A DNA stretch of 64,000 bases, taken from contig DATFKK010000087.1 in NCBI GenBank assembly GCA_035268685.1, positions 15,717 to 79,716 of the forward strand. Direction: 5' to 3'. The notes under the pieces are model-generated. The model did no database searches. It was given only the letters and a program-made list of their open reading frames with translations, and had not been told where the DNA came from. A program made the translations under genes and the position numbers. This document shows positions 27,583 through 37,263 of this stretch, piece by piece. Within the stretch, counting starts at the first letter, position 1. Each line of letters starts with the position of its first letter. The stretch is from Candidatus Krumholzibacteriia bacterium (lineage in GTDB: Bacteria > Krumholzibacteriota > Krumholzibacteriia > JAJRXK01).

Positions 27583-30352
27583 GTCCGAGCAACTCCGTCT
27601 CGGGTTGATCGAGCAGTACCAGCGCGCGGGCCACGACCTGCTGTTGCACCAGGGGCGGCTCGTCGCGCAGGGCCAGGAGGGCGTCGCGGAACGACGTGAG
27701 CCCCAGTTCACCGATGTGGTGGATCGTGATGCACCGCATGCCCAGGCTTCCCTGTTCCAGGAACGACGCGAGCGTTTCCTCGTAGGTCCACGGACGCGGC
27801 GTGTAGAAGGCCAGACCGCGGCGGAGCCGCTCGTCGTCGGGAAGGTCGTCGACGAAGCCGAGCAGTCCGTCGCGGAGCGGAGCCTCGAGTGTGGCCGCGA
27901 TCAACTCGTGCGCACTGGCGTGGTCCTCGGCCCGGTCACTCTCCAGGCCGTTGTAGATTCGTAGCCAGTCCTCTTCGGGCAACAGCAGATCGAGCAGACG
28001 GAACATCCGTTCGCGGGCGTGCGCCTCCTTGTGCTCGAGCGTGTGCAGCAGCAGTTCGTGGACCGCCGTCGCCCGCCGGGGGGCGGTGCGGGCTCCCTCG
28101 CGCAGGGCGGCACGCCAGTCGAGCAATCGGAACGCGCCCGACAGTGTCAGCTCGAGCGCCTTGCGCAGCGTGTGTCCGTCGAGTCGCAGATCGCGGTCGA
28201 GTCGGCGCAGCGACCCCAGTCCCCGCAGGATCTTGAACCGCACCAGGCCGTCGCGGACGGTCAGCAGATGGCGCATGAGCACCGACGCGGCGGACTCCGG
28301 ATCGAAGCGGGAGATGGTGCGAGGTACGTGGCGGCGGACGTTCTGGGCCCTGGTCTCGTCACCCAGGGCACGGTCGAGGGCTTCGAGGGCCGGATCGCCG
28401 ATCGAGACGAGGGCGGCGCGGGCTTCGCTCCGGACGTCGCGTACCGGGAGCATGGCGATCAGAGGTTCGATGAACTCCTCGCTCCCGACCGCGCGCATGG
28501 CGATCGCCGTCTCGCGGCGGACCTCGCGGTCCTGCTTCTGTGCGAACTCGATCAGCAACGAGGTGTGGATGGGATCGGGCTGGTCCTGGATCGAGAGCAC
28601 GAGTGCCCGCGCTTCGACGTCGTCGGCGTCCTTGGCGATGTTCCGCAGGACGGTAGCCGCGTCGTCGCCCTTGATCCAGCCCGCGGCCACCAGGGTGACC
28701 AGGGCCGTGGCCCGCACGACGGGCGAGGGATCGTCGAGGTAGGCGGAGAGTTGGCGATTCACGTCGGGGGCGAGGATCGCACGTGCTCGCAGGACACCGC
28801 CACGAATGGCTGCGTCCTCGTGGTCGGCGATACGCTCGAGGATCGGGAGGGCCTCCTGGCGTCGCGTACGCGCGAAGAGGTGCAGGGCGCGGGTGACCAC
28901 CGTCTTCGACGGGTGGTACAGGATCAACGCGGGGATGAGGTGCACGCGGTCCTGTTCGGCCAGCATGTCCATCGCCGCGACGACCTCCGAGTCGTTCACG
29001 CTGTTCAGACGTTCGATCAGTTTCTCGAGCGAGGCCAGGTCGAGCTCGGGGAATTCGACCTCCGACAACACGTCGCGTTCGCTGAGGGTCGTACGGAACA
29101 GGTCGAGGTAGTGCCGGCGGATGTCGCGGGCGAGGCGGATCCACGACACGCTCAGCGCGATCACGCCGGCGGCGAGGACCATCTCCGAGCCCGGGAGCGC
29201 GACGGCCACCAGGATCACCAGCGAGGCGACCGCCTGTCCCCCCCGCTGGCCGAGCACGTCGACGAAGGTCTTCACCTGCTCGCGGACGGTGCGCGAGAGC
29301 GGCACGTAGAGCGTCTCGATCGAGGTGCGGTGCAGCGAATGGCGCAGCGACCCGTCGACCACCTTCAGCACCAACGCCGGCACCAGCAGGATCAACGGCG
29401 AGATCGTGTAGACGATCATCAACAGGCCCGCCCCGACCACCAGCAGCGCCGGGGTCAGACCCAGCACCCGGTTCAACCCGAAGCTCCGGAGCAGGACGCT
29501 CACCAGCGTCAACTGGAACAGCAGCGACAGCAGGTTGAGCCCCAGGTAGGTGGTCGCGAAGAAGCTCGCCAGATCGGAGCCTTCGAGCTGACTGGCCACG
29601 ATGCTCTTGAACAGGTAGTCGGCGAAGGTCAGCGCGATCGTCGACACCACGACGAGCCCCAGCAGTCTCTTCACGTAGGGGCGGTGCAGGATCGTGCGCG
29701 TGGCCTGTTTCCAGTGCAGCGCATGCGAGGGGTGGCGGTGTTCGGCGTCGCGTCCGCGGGCCTCCTCCGCGGTGCGCAGGAGGGCCATGGGCAGCAGGCC
29801 GGTCAGGCCGAGGATCCCCGACGCGACCAGCAGGAAGTGGCGCGGCTCGACGATCTCGCTCAGACCGCGCGCCAGGCCCGACCCCACGATCGCTCCCAAC
29901 ACGCTCCCCGCGCCGATGATCGCGAACACGCGCTTGGCCTGGGTGACGGTGAAGACGTCCTCGACCACCAGCCAGAAACGCGTCACGACCATGGTCGCGA
30001 AGACACCCGCCCACACGTACAGCACGTACAGGACCCACGGTGGGGGCGCGGCTCCGAGCAGGGCCCACAGTCCGGCCGTCACCACCGCCGAGCCCAGGAC
30101 CAGGACCGCCAGCACCAGACGGTTGCTGCGCGCGATCGGATACCGGGCCTGCCATTGCATGAGCCCGATCGAGGCCAGCGCGATCAGCAGGTAGACCCAG
30201 GGGAGCTGCGACGCGGGGAGTCGACCGAGGAACAGCGCGTCGCGCGCGGTCTCGAGCAACGCGTGACCGGCCAGGATGCCGAAGAGCGTGATCGTCGCCC
30301 CGAACACGAGACGGCGTTCCGCGGGACGGACCGTCGCCTTCAGTTGGATCAT
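27575..30352 (-). CDS. polytopic transporter (TLC/MFS-like, ~12 TM) fused to C-terminal HEAT-repeat domain
   Basis: N-terminal 440 aa are hydrophobic with ~12 TM helices. C-terminal ~480 aa show periodic Ala/Leu/Arg-rich HEAT/PBS-like helices (ALVLSIQDQPDP..., AIAMRAVGSEEFIEPL...). Confidence 0.6.
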   Translation of the reverse strand: MIQLKATVRPAERRLVFGATITLFGILAGHALLETARDALFLGRLPASQLPWVYLLIALASIGLMQWQARYPIARSNRLVLAVLVLGSAVVTAGLWALLGAAPPPWVLYVLYVWAGVFATMVVTRFWLVVEDVFTVTQAKRVFAIIGAGSVLGAIVGSGLARGLSEIVEPRHFLLVASGILGLTGLLPMALLRTAEEARGRDAEHRHPSHALHWKQATRTILHRPYVKRLLGLVVVSTIALTFADYLFKSIVASQLEGSDLASFFATTYLGLNLLSLLFQLTLVSVLLRSFGLNRVLGLTPALLVVGAGLLMIVYTISPLILLVPALVLKVVDGSLRHSLHRTSIETLYVPLSRTVREQVKTFVDVLGQRGGQAVASLVILVAVALPGSEMVLAAGVIALSVSWIRLARDIRRHYLDLFRTTLSERDVLSEVEFPELDLASLEKLIERLNSVNDSEVVAAMDMLAEQDRVHLIPALILYHPSKTVVTRALHLFARTRRQEALPILERIADHEDAAIRGGVLRARAILAPDVNRQLSAYLDDPSPVVRATALVTLVAAGWIKGDDAATVLRNIAKDADDVEARALVLSIQDQPDPIHTSLLIEFAQKQDREVRRETAIAMRAVGSEEFIEPLIAMLPVRDVRSEARAALVSIGDPALEALDRALGDETRAQNVRRHVPRTISRFDPESAASVLMRHLLTVRDGLVRFKILRGLGSLRRLDRDLRLDGHTLRKALELTLSGAFRLLDWRAALREGARTAPRRATAVHELLLHTLEHKEAHARERMFRLLDLLLPEEDWLRIYNGLESDRAEDHASAHELIAATLEAPLRDGLLGFVDDLPDDERLRRGLAFYTPRPWTYEETLASFLEQGSLGMRCITIHHIGELGLTSFRDALLALRDEPPLVQQQVVARALVLLDQPETELLGHE

Positions 30353-30433
30353 CGAGGGCCTCGTGGGCAGGGAACTCGTCGCCGGGTCACGTCCGAAAGT
30401 CTAGGTCTTCGCACGTCGGGCGCGAGGGGGGGC

Positions 30434-31474
30434 TCAGGCCACGTCCTCGCGGTCGAGCCGGATCCGACGGGCCGCGGTCCAACCGCTCAGGAAGGCTCCT
30501 TCGACCCGGGCTCCCGCCGGACAGCCGTCGCCGGCCACGGCGAGTTGCCAGTCCTCGTCCCACAGACAGGGTTCCTCGGCCGACATCGTCGGCAGGGCGT
30601 AGCGCCAGCGATGCGCCCGGACCAGGTCGGGGGTCGGGAGTTCGTGCCCGATCGCCTCGGACAGGGCCACGAGGAGGGCGTCGGCCACGTCCTCCGGCGT
30701 GTCCTCGAGATGGGCGTAGGACCACTCGGGGGAGCCGTGCAGGACCCACGATTCGCCCGGTGCTCCGTCCGGATTGCGTCCGGGCTTCGAGTCGTTGTCG
30801 GCGATCCAGCTCAGCGGGGAGCGGTCGACGAAGGCTCCACCGTAGTCCTGTTCGAGCGAGCGTGGGAAGTGGACCATGACCGTCCAGCAGGGGGCGTAGC
30901 GCATGGCGCGCAGCCGGTTGCGAAGTGGCGCCTCGTCGGGGAGCAGGGCCAGGGCCTGCGCGGCCGGAGCGGTGATCACCAGGGCTGCGCCCCGGGCGAG
31001 CTCGGCGTCTTCCTCGTCCACGAGGATCCAGGTGTCGTCCTCGCGGCGGCAGGTGTGGACACGGGTCGAGTAGAGGGTGCGCACGGGCTCGGCCAGCGCA
31101 CGGGCCAGACCGTTCATGCCGGGCTGGCAGACGTAGCGTTCGGTGTTCTCGCTGCGCGCCCGGATGGTTCCGGATTCGATCGAGACGATCGAGGTGTCCC
31201 AGGTCCGGACCACCGGCTCGTCACCCTCGCGAAAGGGCGCGAGGAACCGTGCGAACTCGGGGTCGCGCACGGTGAAGTACTGGGCTCCGTGATCGAAGGT
31301 CAGGTCGTGCTCGCCCAGGGTCTCGCGGCGGGTCGACTGTCGGCCGCCCGGGCCCCGTCCCTTCTCGAGCACGGTCACGTCGATCCCGTGGGTCTGCAGG
31401 CGGTGCGCGCAGATCAGGCCGGCGAGGCCGGCACCGACCACCAGCACCCGATCCGGAGCTCCCTCGGAGCCCAT
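30434..31474 (-). CDS. FAD/NAD(P)-binding oxidoreductase (renalase/amine-oxidase-like)
   Basis: Rossmann dinucleotide motif RVLVVGAGLAGLICAHRL. Confidence 0.7.
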   Translation of the reverse strand: MGSEGAPDRVLVVGAGLAGLICAHRLQTHGIDVTVLEKGRGPGGRQSTRRETLGEHDLTFDHGAQYFTVRDPEFARFLAPFREGDEPVVRTWDTSIVSIESGTIRARSENTERYVCQPGMNGLARALAEPVRTLYSTRVHTCRREDDTWILVDEEDAELARGAALVITAPAAQALALLPDEAPLRNRLRAMRYAPCWTVMVHFPRSLEQDYGGAFVDRSPLSWIADNDSKPGRNPDGAPGESWVLHGSPEWSYAHLEDTPEDVADALLVALSEAIGHELPTPDLVRAHRWRYALPTMSAEEPCLWDEDWQLAVAGDGCPAGARVEGAFLSGWTAARRIRLDREDVA

Positions 31475-31547
31475 GACATCCTCCCCGACACGTGGCTGGG
31501 CGCGCGTCTCGGCGCCGTTCGGTCGTTCTGCCGGGACCTTATCAGAA

Positions 31548-31600
31548 AAGACGCGGGGCGAGGACCACGGCCCTCGCCCCGAAAACGGTAGGGGCGGGAG
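31548..31600 (-). terminator. putative intrinsic terminator pair downstream of lipoprotein gene
   Basis: On the minus strand: GGGGCGGG...CCCGCCCC hairpin, then GGGGCGAGG-loop-CCUCGCCCC followed by a U-rich tract (GCGUCUUUUCU). Confidence 0.35.
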
Positions 31601-31731
31601 GCCCCCTTTTCCCCCCGCCCCCTGCGAACCGACGCTCAACCGTCGGCCCACCTCGTGCGGATCGGTGGCGTTCGCCCCGATCCCGAGCTGTTCGCGCGGC
31701 CCTGCCGTCGGGCTTCCGCCGCGCTCGCCTC

Positions 31732-32895
31732 CTAGTTCGGAGCGGGTACGGGAGCGGATGCAGAGAGAATCCGGGATCTTTCGAGAAATTCCGACCGGCC
31801 GCTCCGGGGGCCGGGTCCGCCCCGTGAGCCCAGGCGTCTCCGCAGCCAGGTCGCGCGTGCGGGGGGCGCCAGGCCCTCGGTCCGGCCCACCGCGATCAGG
31901 ACCGACCACACGTGGACGGGCTGTCCGGAGCGGATCGCCTCGCGGCGGGCCTCGGTCAGGGCCAGATCGGCCGGCACCCCCCGGGTGACGAGCTCCATCC
32001 AGGGACGCACCAGGCGCCCGAGCGCGGAGCCGGCCACCGGCCAGGAGCCGACGACCACCAGCGCGGGTCCGATCCCGCCGCTGGCCAGGGTGCTGGGCGC
32101 GAGCACCGGCCGGCTGCCCGGATCGAGGCCCCCCGGAAGCGTCCAGACCACCGCGCCGGGCAGGGCTCCGAAGGCGGGACGCAGGGTGGCCAGACCCCGG
32201 GGCGTGGCCCGGAGCCAGACCCAGGCGTGCTCGTCGTCCTCGAGGGTCCGGCGCAGTGCGGGAGCGTCACTGTCGTTGCGGGGGAGCAGGTCCACGTGCG
32301 CGACGGCGGCCCGCAGGCCGTGTCGCAGGGTGTCGGGGTCGTCCCGGTGTGGAGCGACACCTTCGCGGAAGGGCGCCACCAGCAGCAGACGGTCCCCCCT
32401 GGCCCGAGGGTCGGTCCGTGGCACCGGCGCTGCCAGATCCGCGGGCCAGTCGAGCCGGACGGTGTGGTGCGCGGCGACCGGCTGGTCGCGGTGCCAGGGC
32501 AGGATCCAGGCGGGGAGTGTGGCCAGGGAGCCGGGGACGGGATCGGTCCCGGCGCCGCGCCAGACCCAGCGCGGGGCGTCGCGCAGGGCCTGCTCGATCG
32601 GTTCGAGGAGCGCGCGGCCCACCCGGGCCCGCAGCGCCGGATCGTCGCGGCCCGTCGCGAGAACGGCGCGCAGCTCGTCGAGGGTATCGGCAACGTCCGC
32701 GGGCAGCGGTTCGTCGAGACGCAGGTCTTCGCGCTCGGCCACGAGGCGCTGCGCGTCGAAGTCCACCGTCACCCGGGCCTCCGGTCCCGCGGGCAGTTCC
32801 GGGGGATCCGAGCCACAGCCGACGGACAGGAGCACCGCCGACAGCAGCAGAGCGGTCGTGGTCGACCGGTGGCTCGTGGCTTCGTTCGCGATCAC
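31732..32895 (-). CDS. hypothetical lipoprotein
   Basis: Signal peptide with lipobox (ALLLSAVLLSVGC). No known domain recognised. Confidence 0.45.
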   Translation of the reverse strand: MIANEATSHRSTTTALLLSAVLLSVGCGSDPPELPAGPEARVTVDFDAQRLVAEREDLRLDEPLPADVADTLDELRAVLATGRDDPALRARVGRALLEPIEQALRDAPRWVWRGAGTDPVPGSLATLPAWILPWHRDQPVAAHHTVRLDWPADLAAPVPRTDPRARGDRLLLVAPFREGVAPHRDDPDTLRHGLRAAVAHVDLLPRNDSDAPALRRTLEDDEHAWVWLRATPRGLATLRPAFGALPGAVVWTLPGGLDPGSRPVLAPSTLASGGIGPALVVVGSWPVAGSALGRLVRPWMELVTRGVPADLALTEARREAIRSGQPVHVWSVLIAVGRTEGLAPPARATWLRRRLGSRGGPGPRSGRSEFLERSRILSASAPVPAPN

Positions 32896-32942
32896 TGCGC
32901 GGCGTCCTATCGTGTCGGGCGACCCCGCGACCGAGGTGCGCC

Positions 32943-33509
32943 ATGTCCGAGACCTACACGTTGCTGCTCCGCTCCGACGCCCGGCACACGCGTGCGGCGG
33001 AGCGCGAGGGTCTGATCGCCCATCTCACCCGCATTCCCGGCGTCGTCGAGCGCGGGCCCGACCGCTACGTCTTCGGCGACGAGGACGAGCACGGGATCAT
33101 GGAGCTCGACGTGTTCGTACGCCGCGACGGCGCCCGCGTCGAGCCCGAAGACGTGCGCGACGACGAGGCCGGGACGGTTCACGAGGTCGAGGTGCGTTTG
33201 CCCCGTCCGTGGGTCATGGAGCGCGGACCGCGCGTGTTCGCGCTGGTGTTCATGCTCGCCGAATGGGCCGACTGGGAGGTCTTCGATCCCCAGATCGACG
33301 ACCGCCTGCAGAAGGAAGCCGTGCTGTCCGGCCTGGTCGCCATGCGACAGGCACAGCGCGAACAAGAGGCGCGGAAGGCGGGTGAGAGCGAGCAGCTCCC
33401 CGGCGACCCGCCGCCCCTGCACTCGGACTACCAGCCGTCGACCCCGCCGCCGTCGGAGACGAACGGCGGCGCGAAACCGCGCCGCCGTCCGTGGTGGAAG
33501 AAGGGTTGA
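32943..33509 (+). CDS. hypothetical protein
   Basis: ATG 32943. 188 aa with a basic Pro-rich C-terminal tail. No recognisable motif. Confidence 0.4.
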   Translation: MSETYTLLLRSDARHTRAAEREGLIAHLTRIPGVVERGPDRYVFGDEDEHGIMELDVFVRRDGARVEPEDVRDDEAGTVHEVEVRLPRPWVMERGPRVFALVFMLAEWADWEVFDPQIDDRLQKEAVLSGLVAMRQAQREQEARKAGESEQLPGDPPPLHSDYQPSTPPPSETNGGAKPRRRPWWKKG

Positions 33510-33513
33510 GCGC

Positions 33514-34236
33514 TCAGGCCGCCTCGACCTGCTCGTGCAGGCGGGCCACCAGTCCCTCGTCCAGGCCCAACCGCGCGCGCAGCATGGCCAGGTAGGCCTT
33601 CTCGGCCTCGGTGTCGATCTCGATCGCCAGCAGCGCGGCGGCGTAGACCTCGGCCTTGAGCTCGTCGGTGGTCGCCGACTGCACCAGGCGGTCCATGTCG
33701 ACGGGCGAGCGCAGTTCGTCGAGCAGACGACTGCGGCTCTCGGGATCCAGGTCCAGCTCCTCGGCGTGCCCGAGCACGCGGTTCATCTCGTCGCCGTCGA
33801 GCTTCCCGTCGGCGCGGGCGGCGGCGATCATCGAGCGCAGGATCAGCAGGCCCTGTTCGTTCGCTGCGTTCGTGTCGGACGCCGGGGCGAAGCCGCTGTC
33901 GGGCGGCGGCGGGGCCAGCTCCTGGGCGGACGGTTGCGTGGCGCCGGTCGGGGCGCCGGCGGGCGGGACCGTCCCGGTCGCCGGCTGGCCCGGTACGGCC
34001 TTGCTCTGCTGGTGCTGCTTGTAGGCGTTGTAGGCCAGGGCGCCGACGGCGGCGATGCCGCCGTACTTCAGGGCCTTCTTGCCCATCTTGCGTCCGCCCT
34101 TGCTGGTGAGCATGCCACCGGCGAGGCCGCCGGCGAAACCCGAGGCGGCGGGGCTGCCCAGAAGCTGGCCCAGGATCTTGTCGGCGTTGAACACGTCGGC
34201 CTCCGTCGTCGTGGGGAGCGGTCCCGGTCGCGACAA
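33514..34236 (-). CDS. DUF533/TerB-like (YebE-like) inner-membrane protein
   Basis: N-terminal LGQLLGSPAASGFAGGLAGGMLTSKGG, a Gly-rich TM segment, and a C-terminal TerB-like helical domain (DGKLDGDEMNRVLGHAEEL). Confidence 0.55.
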   Translation of the reverse strand: MSRPGPLPTTTEADVFNADKILGQLLGSPAASGFAGGLAGGMLTSKGGRKMGKKALKYGGIAAVGALAYNAYKQHQQSKAVPGQPATGTVPPAGAPTGATQPSAQELAPPPPDSGFAPASDTNAANEQGLLILRSMIAAARADGKLDGDEMNRVLGHAEELDLDPESRSRLLDELRSPVDMDRLVQSATTDELKAEVYAAALLAIEIDTEAEKAYLAMLRARLGLDEGLVARLHEQVEAA

Positions 34237-34267
34237 TCTAGCGGCGCCGGCGGTGGCCGCCGCTCCC

Positions 34268-35449
34268 TCAGAACGCGTCCTGTCCCGTGAGCCCGCGGCC
34301 GAGGATCAGGGTGTGCACCTCGTGCGTGCCCTCGTAGGTGTAGACGCTCTCGAGGTTCAGCATGTGCCGCACGGCGGCGAACTCCACGCTGATGCCGTTG
34401 CCGCCGAGGATCGACCGGCAGGTACGTGCCGTCTCGAGCGCCATGGCCACGTTGTTCCGCTTGCTCAGCGAGACCTGGAAGGGACTCACGCTGCCGTGCT
34501 GGTCCTTCAGGCGCGACAGGTGGAGCATCAGCACCTCGGCCAGCGCGATCTGCGTGCCGGAGTCGGCGAACTGCTTCTGGATGAGCTGCTTCGAGGTGAT
34601 GGGCTTGTCGAAGACGATGCGCTGGTTTCCGTAGTCCAGGGCCTCGTCGAAGCAGGCCTTGGCCGCGCCGATCGCTCCCCACGCGATGCCGAAGCGGGCC
34701 TGGTTCAGGCACGCCAGCGCGCTGCCCAGTCCCTTGGTGCCCGGCAGGATGGCGCTCTTCGGCACGCGCACGTCGTTCAGCGTGATCTCGCCGGTGTGGC
34801 TCGCGCGCAGGCTCATCTTGTGGTGGGTGGTGGGACACTCGACGCCGTCGATGCCCGTCTCGACCACGAAGCCGCGGATGGACTTCGGATCGTCGCTGTC
34901 GACCTTCGCCCACACGATGCACAGGTCGGCGATCGGCGAGTTCGTGATCCACATCTTGGCGCCGTTGAGCACGTAGTCGTCGCCGTCGCTGCGGGCCATG
35001 GTCTTCATGGCGCCGGGGTCGCTTCCGGCATCGGGCTCGGTCAGACCGAAGCAGCCGATGAGCTCGCCCGCGGCCATCTTCGGCAGGTACCGTTCCTTCT
35101 GCTCGTCGCTGCCGAAGCGGAAGATCGGGTACATGCACAGCGCGCCCTGCACGCTCACGAAGCTGCGCAGACCGCTGTCGCCGTACTCGAGCTCCTGGAG
35201 GGCCAGGCCGTACTGCACCGTGTTCATGCCGGCGGCGCCGTACTCTGTGGGGAGCGAGCCGCCGAGCAGGCCGAGGTCGGCGATCTGCGGGATCAGCTCG
35301 TTCGGGAACTCGCCCTTCTCGAACCACTCGCCCGCGTGCGGGAGGTAGCGGTCGCGCACGAAGCGGCGCGTGGTCTCGCGCACCAGCCGTTCCTCGTCGG
35401 AGAGCTGGCCCTCGATGGCGATGAGTTCGTCGAGGGAGATGGCGTCCAT
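34268..35449 (-). CDS. acyl-CoA dehydrogenase (glutaryl-CoA dehydrogenase-like)
   Basis: ACAD motifs GCFGLTEPDAGSDPGAM, NGAKMWITN, YEGTHEVHTLILGRGLTG. ATG at 35449 (MDAISLDEL). The track ORF is over-extended. Confidence 0.8.
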   Translation of the reverse strand: MDAISLDELIAIEGQLSDEERLVRETTRRFVRDRYLPHAGEWFEKGEFPNELIPQIADLGLLGGSLPTEYGAAGMNTVQYGLALQELEYGDSGLRSFVSVQGALCMYPIFRFGSDEQKERYLPKMAAGELIGCFGLTEPDAGSDPGAMKTMARSDGDDYVLNGAKMWITNSPIADLCIVWAKVDSDDPKSIRGFVVETGIDGVECPTTHHKMSLRASHTGEITLNDVRVPKSAILPGTKGLGSALACLNQARFGIAWGAIGAAKACFDEALDYGNQRIVFDKPITSKQLIQKQFADSGTQIALAEVLMLHLSRLKDQHGSVSPFQVSLSKRNNVAMALETARTCRSILGGNGISVEFAAVRHMLNLESVYTYEGTHEVHTLILGRGLTGQDAF

Positions 35450-35565
35450 GGCACGGATCCTTTCGGGGCGGACGGCTCCGCCGGGGGCGGTTCGGCGCGG
35501 CATCTCGGCCGGCGGCGGCGCAGGGCAAGATGCGCGCGCGGTGGGGGCACGGCAAGGCACACGGC

Positions 35566-36258
35566 TCAGCCGGCGGCGCGGTGACCTCCGTGCATGCGCG
35601 GCGACACCGGCAGCGACTCGATCGTTGCCGCTTCGATCTCGCTGCGGCGGGCCAGCTCCTCGCGCACGACCTCGGGGTCGAAGTAGCCGTCGGCCAGGGC
35701 CACGAACATGTGCGCATGGCCACTCTCGCTGCGGGCCAGGCGCTCGTAGAACGTCGCCAGGTCCTCGCCTCCCTCCACGCGACCCGCGAAGGGGCCGCGC
35801 AGGCCGCGCGTCAGCGCCAGGAAGCGCTCGCAGGATCGGGCTTCGATCATCGCGCACACGAGCAGGTCGTCGAGCAGCGCGAAGTCACCGCCGCGCCGGT
35901 CGCGGGCCATGCCCTTCATGTAGGGATTCGGCAGCGGGCGCGAGGGAGATCCACCGCGGTCGAGCAGGACCTGCCGGACCATGCGGTAGTGGACCATCTC
36001 CTCCTTGGCCAGGCTCGCCATGCGGCGCACCAGCTCGTCGTGCTCGGGAAAGCGGCCGACGGTGGCCAGGGCGTTGGTGGACGCCTTGAGTTCGCACTGT
36101 GCGTGGTCGTCGAGCAGGACGTCGACGGCGGACAGGGCGGCCTCGACCCACGTGTCGCGGGTGGGACAGCCGAGCGGAACGGAGGCGGTCACCGTGGCCA
36201 GAGTACGTTCGTGTTCGGCCAGGGCGACCACGTCGGGATGCGAAATCGGAGCGTTCAT
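35566..36258 (-). CDS. miaE: tRNA-(ms2io6A37)-hydroxylase
   Basis: Ferritin-like di-iron motifs HAQCELKASTNAL, EEMVHYRMV, EARSCERF, ESGHAHMF. ATG 36258 (MNAPISHPD). Confidence 0.7.
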   Translation of the reverse strand: MNAPISHPDVVALAEHERTLATVTASVPLGCPTRDTWVEAALSAVDVLLDDHAQCELKASTNALATVGRFPEHDELVRRMASLAKEEMVHYRMVRQVLLDRGGSPSRPLPNPYMKGMARDRRGGDFALLDDLLVCAMIEARSCERFLALTRGLRGPFAGRVEGGEDLATFYERLARSESGHAHMFVALADGYFDPEVVREELARRSEIEAATIESLPVSPRMHGGHRAAG

Positions 36259-36363
36259 GCGTCCCAGGGTAGCACGAAGTCTCCCGAGCGCCGCTTGCGT
36301 GGCCGGCCTCGGGTGGGCATCCTCTCGACTCGTCCGCCACGACCCCACTCCCGAGGTACGTCC

Positions 36364-37263
36364 GTGATCGATCCCACCGCGCTCGCCCCCGATGGCTGGA
36401 CCCTGGGCGGCGACTTCGCCGATCGCCTCCACGCCGCCACGTCGCATCTGCACGAGAGGGGAATCACGGGAGGCCGTGTCGGGCTCGTCCTCGGCAGCGG
36501 TCTCGGCGGTCTGATCGACCGCACCGAGGCGGTGGCGTCGGTCCCCTTCGCGGGCATCCCGGGATTCCACACGGCCTCGGTGGCGGGCCACTCGGGCCGT
36601 GTGGTCCAGGCCCGGCGCGGCGGGGCGGAGTTCGTCGTGCTACAGGGTCGACTGCACGCCTACGAAGGACTGGACCTGAGCAGCGTGATCCTGCCGGTGG
36701 TCGTGCTGCGGGCGCTGGGCTGCGCCACGATCGTCCTCACCAACGCCGCCGGCGGTCTGCAACCCGACATGCGTGCGGGTGACGTGGCCGTGCTCACCGG
36801 CCTGATCGACCTGCACCTGCGGGACCCGCTGCGTGGAATCCTCGTCCCCGACGGTGCCGTTCCCTCGGGACTGGCCGCCCGCGGGGCGACCCCCGGCCCG
36901 GTCTTCGACCCCGGTCTGGCCGCACAGTTGCGCGCGGTGGCCGCCGAAGAGCGCATCGCGCCGCACACGGGAACCTACGTGTCGCTGTGGGGTCCGAACT
37001 ACGAGAGTCCCGTCGAGATCGGTCTGTTGCGCCGTCTGGGTGGCGTGGCGGTCGGGATGTCCACCGGGCCCGAAGCGGTGGCGGTGCGGGCACTGGGCGC
37101 GCGGGTGGCGGGGGTGTCGCTGATCACCAACGTCGCGGTCGAGGCCGGCGGTGGTGTGGTCACGCACGACGAGGTCGTCGAGGTGGGAGCCGCCCGGCGC
37201 GACGCCATGGAGGCCCTGTTGCTGTCGACGGTCGACCGGCTCGCGGTCGTGGAGGACGCATGA
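36364..37263 (+). CDS. purine nucleoside phosphorylase (PNP-I family)
   Basis: VGLVLGSGLGGL, VGMSTGPEAVAV, LITNVAVEAGGG motifs. GTG start 36364. The track ORF is over-extended upstream. Confidence 0.8.
   Translation: MIDPTALAPDGWTLGGDFADRLHAATSHLHERGITGGRVGLVLGSGLGGLIDRTEAVASVPFAGIPGFHTASVAGHSGRVVQARRGGAEFVVLQGRLHAYEGLDLSSVILPVVVLRALGCATIVLTNAAGGLQPDMRAGDVAVLTGLIDLHLRDPLRGILVPDGAVPSGLAARGATPGPVFDPGLAAQLRAVAAEERIAPHTGTYVSLWGPNYESPVEIGLLRRLGGVAVGMSTGPEAVAVRALGARVAGVSLITNVAVEAGGGVVTHDEVVEVGAARRDAMEALLLSTVDRLAVVEDA

Noticed and set aside
35530-37263. 577-aa plus-strand ORF
   Set aside because: Only its last ~300 codons (from GTG 36364) encode PNP. The upstream part is antisense of miaE.
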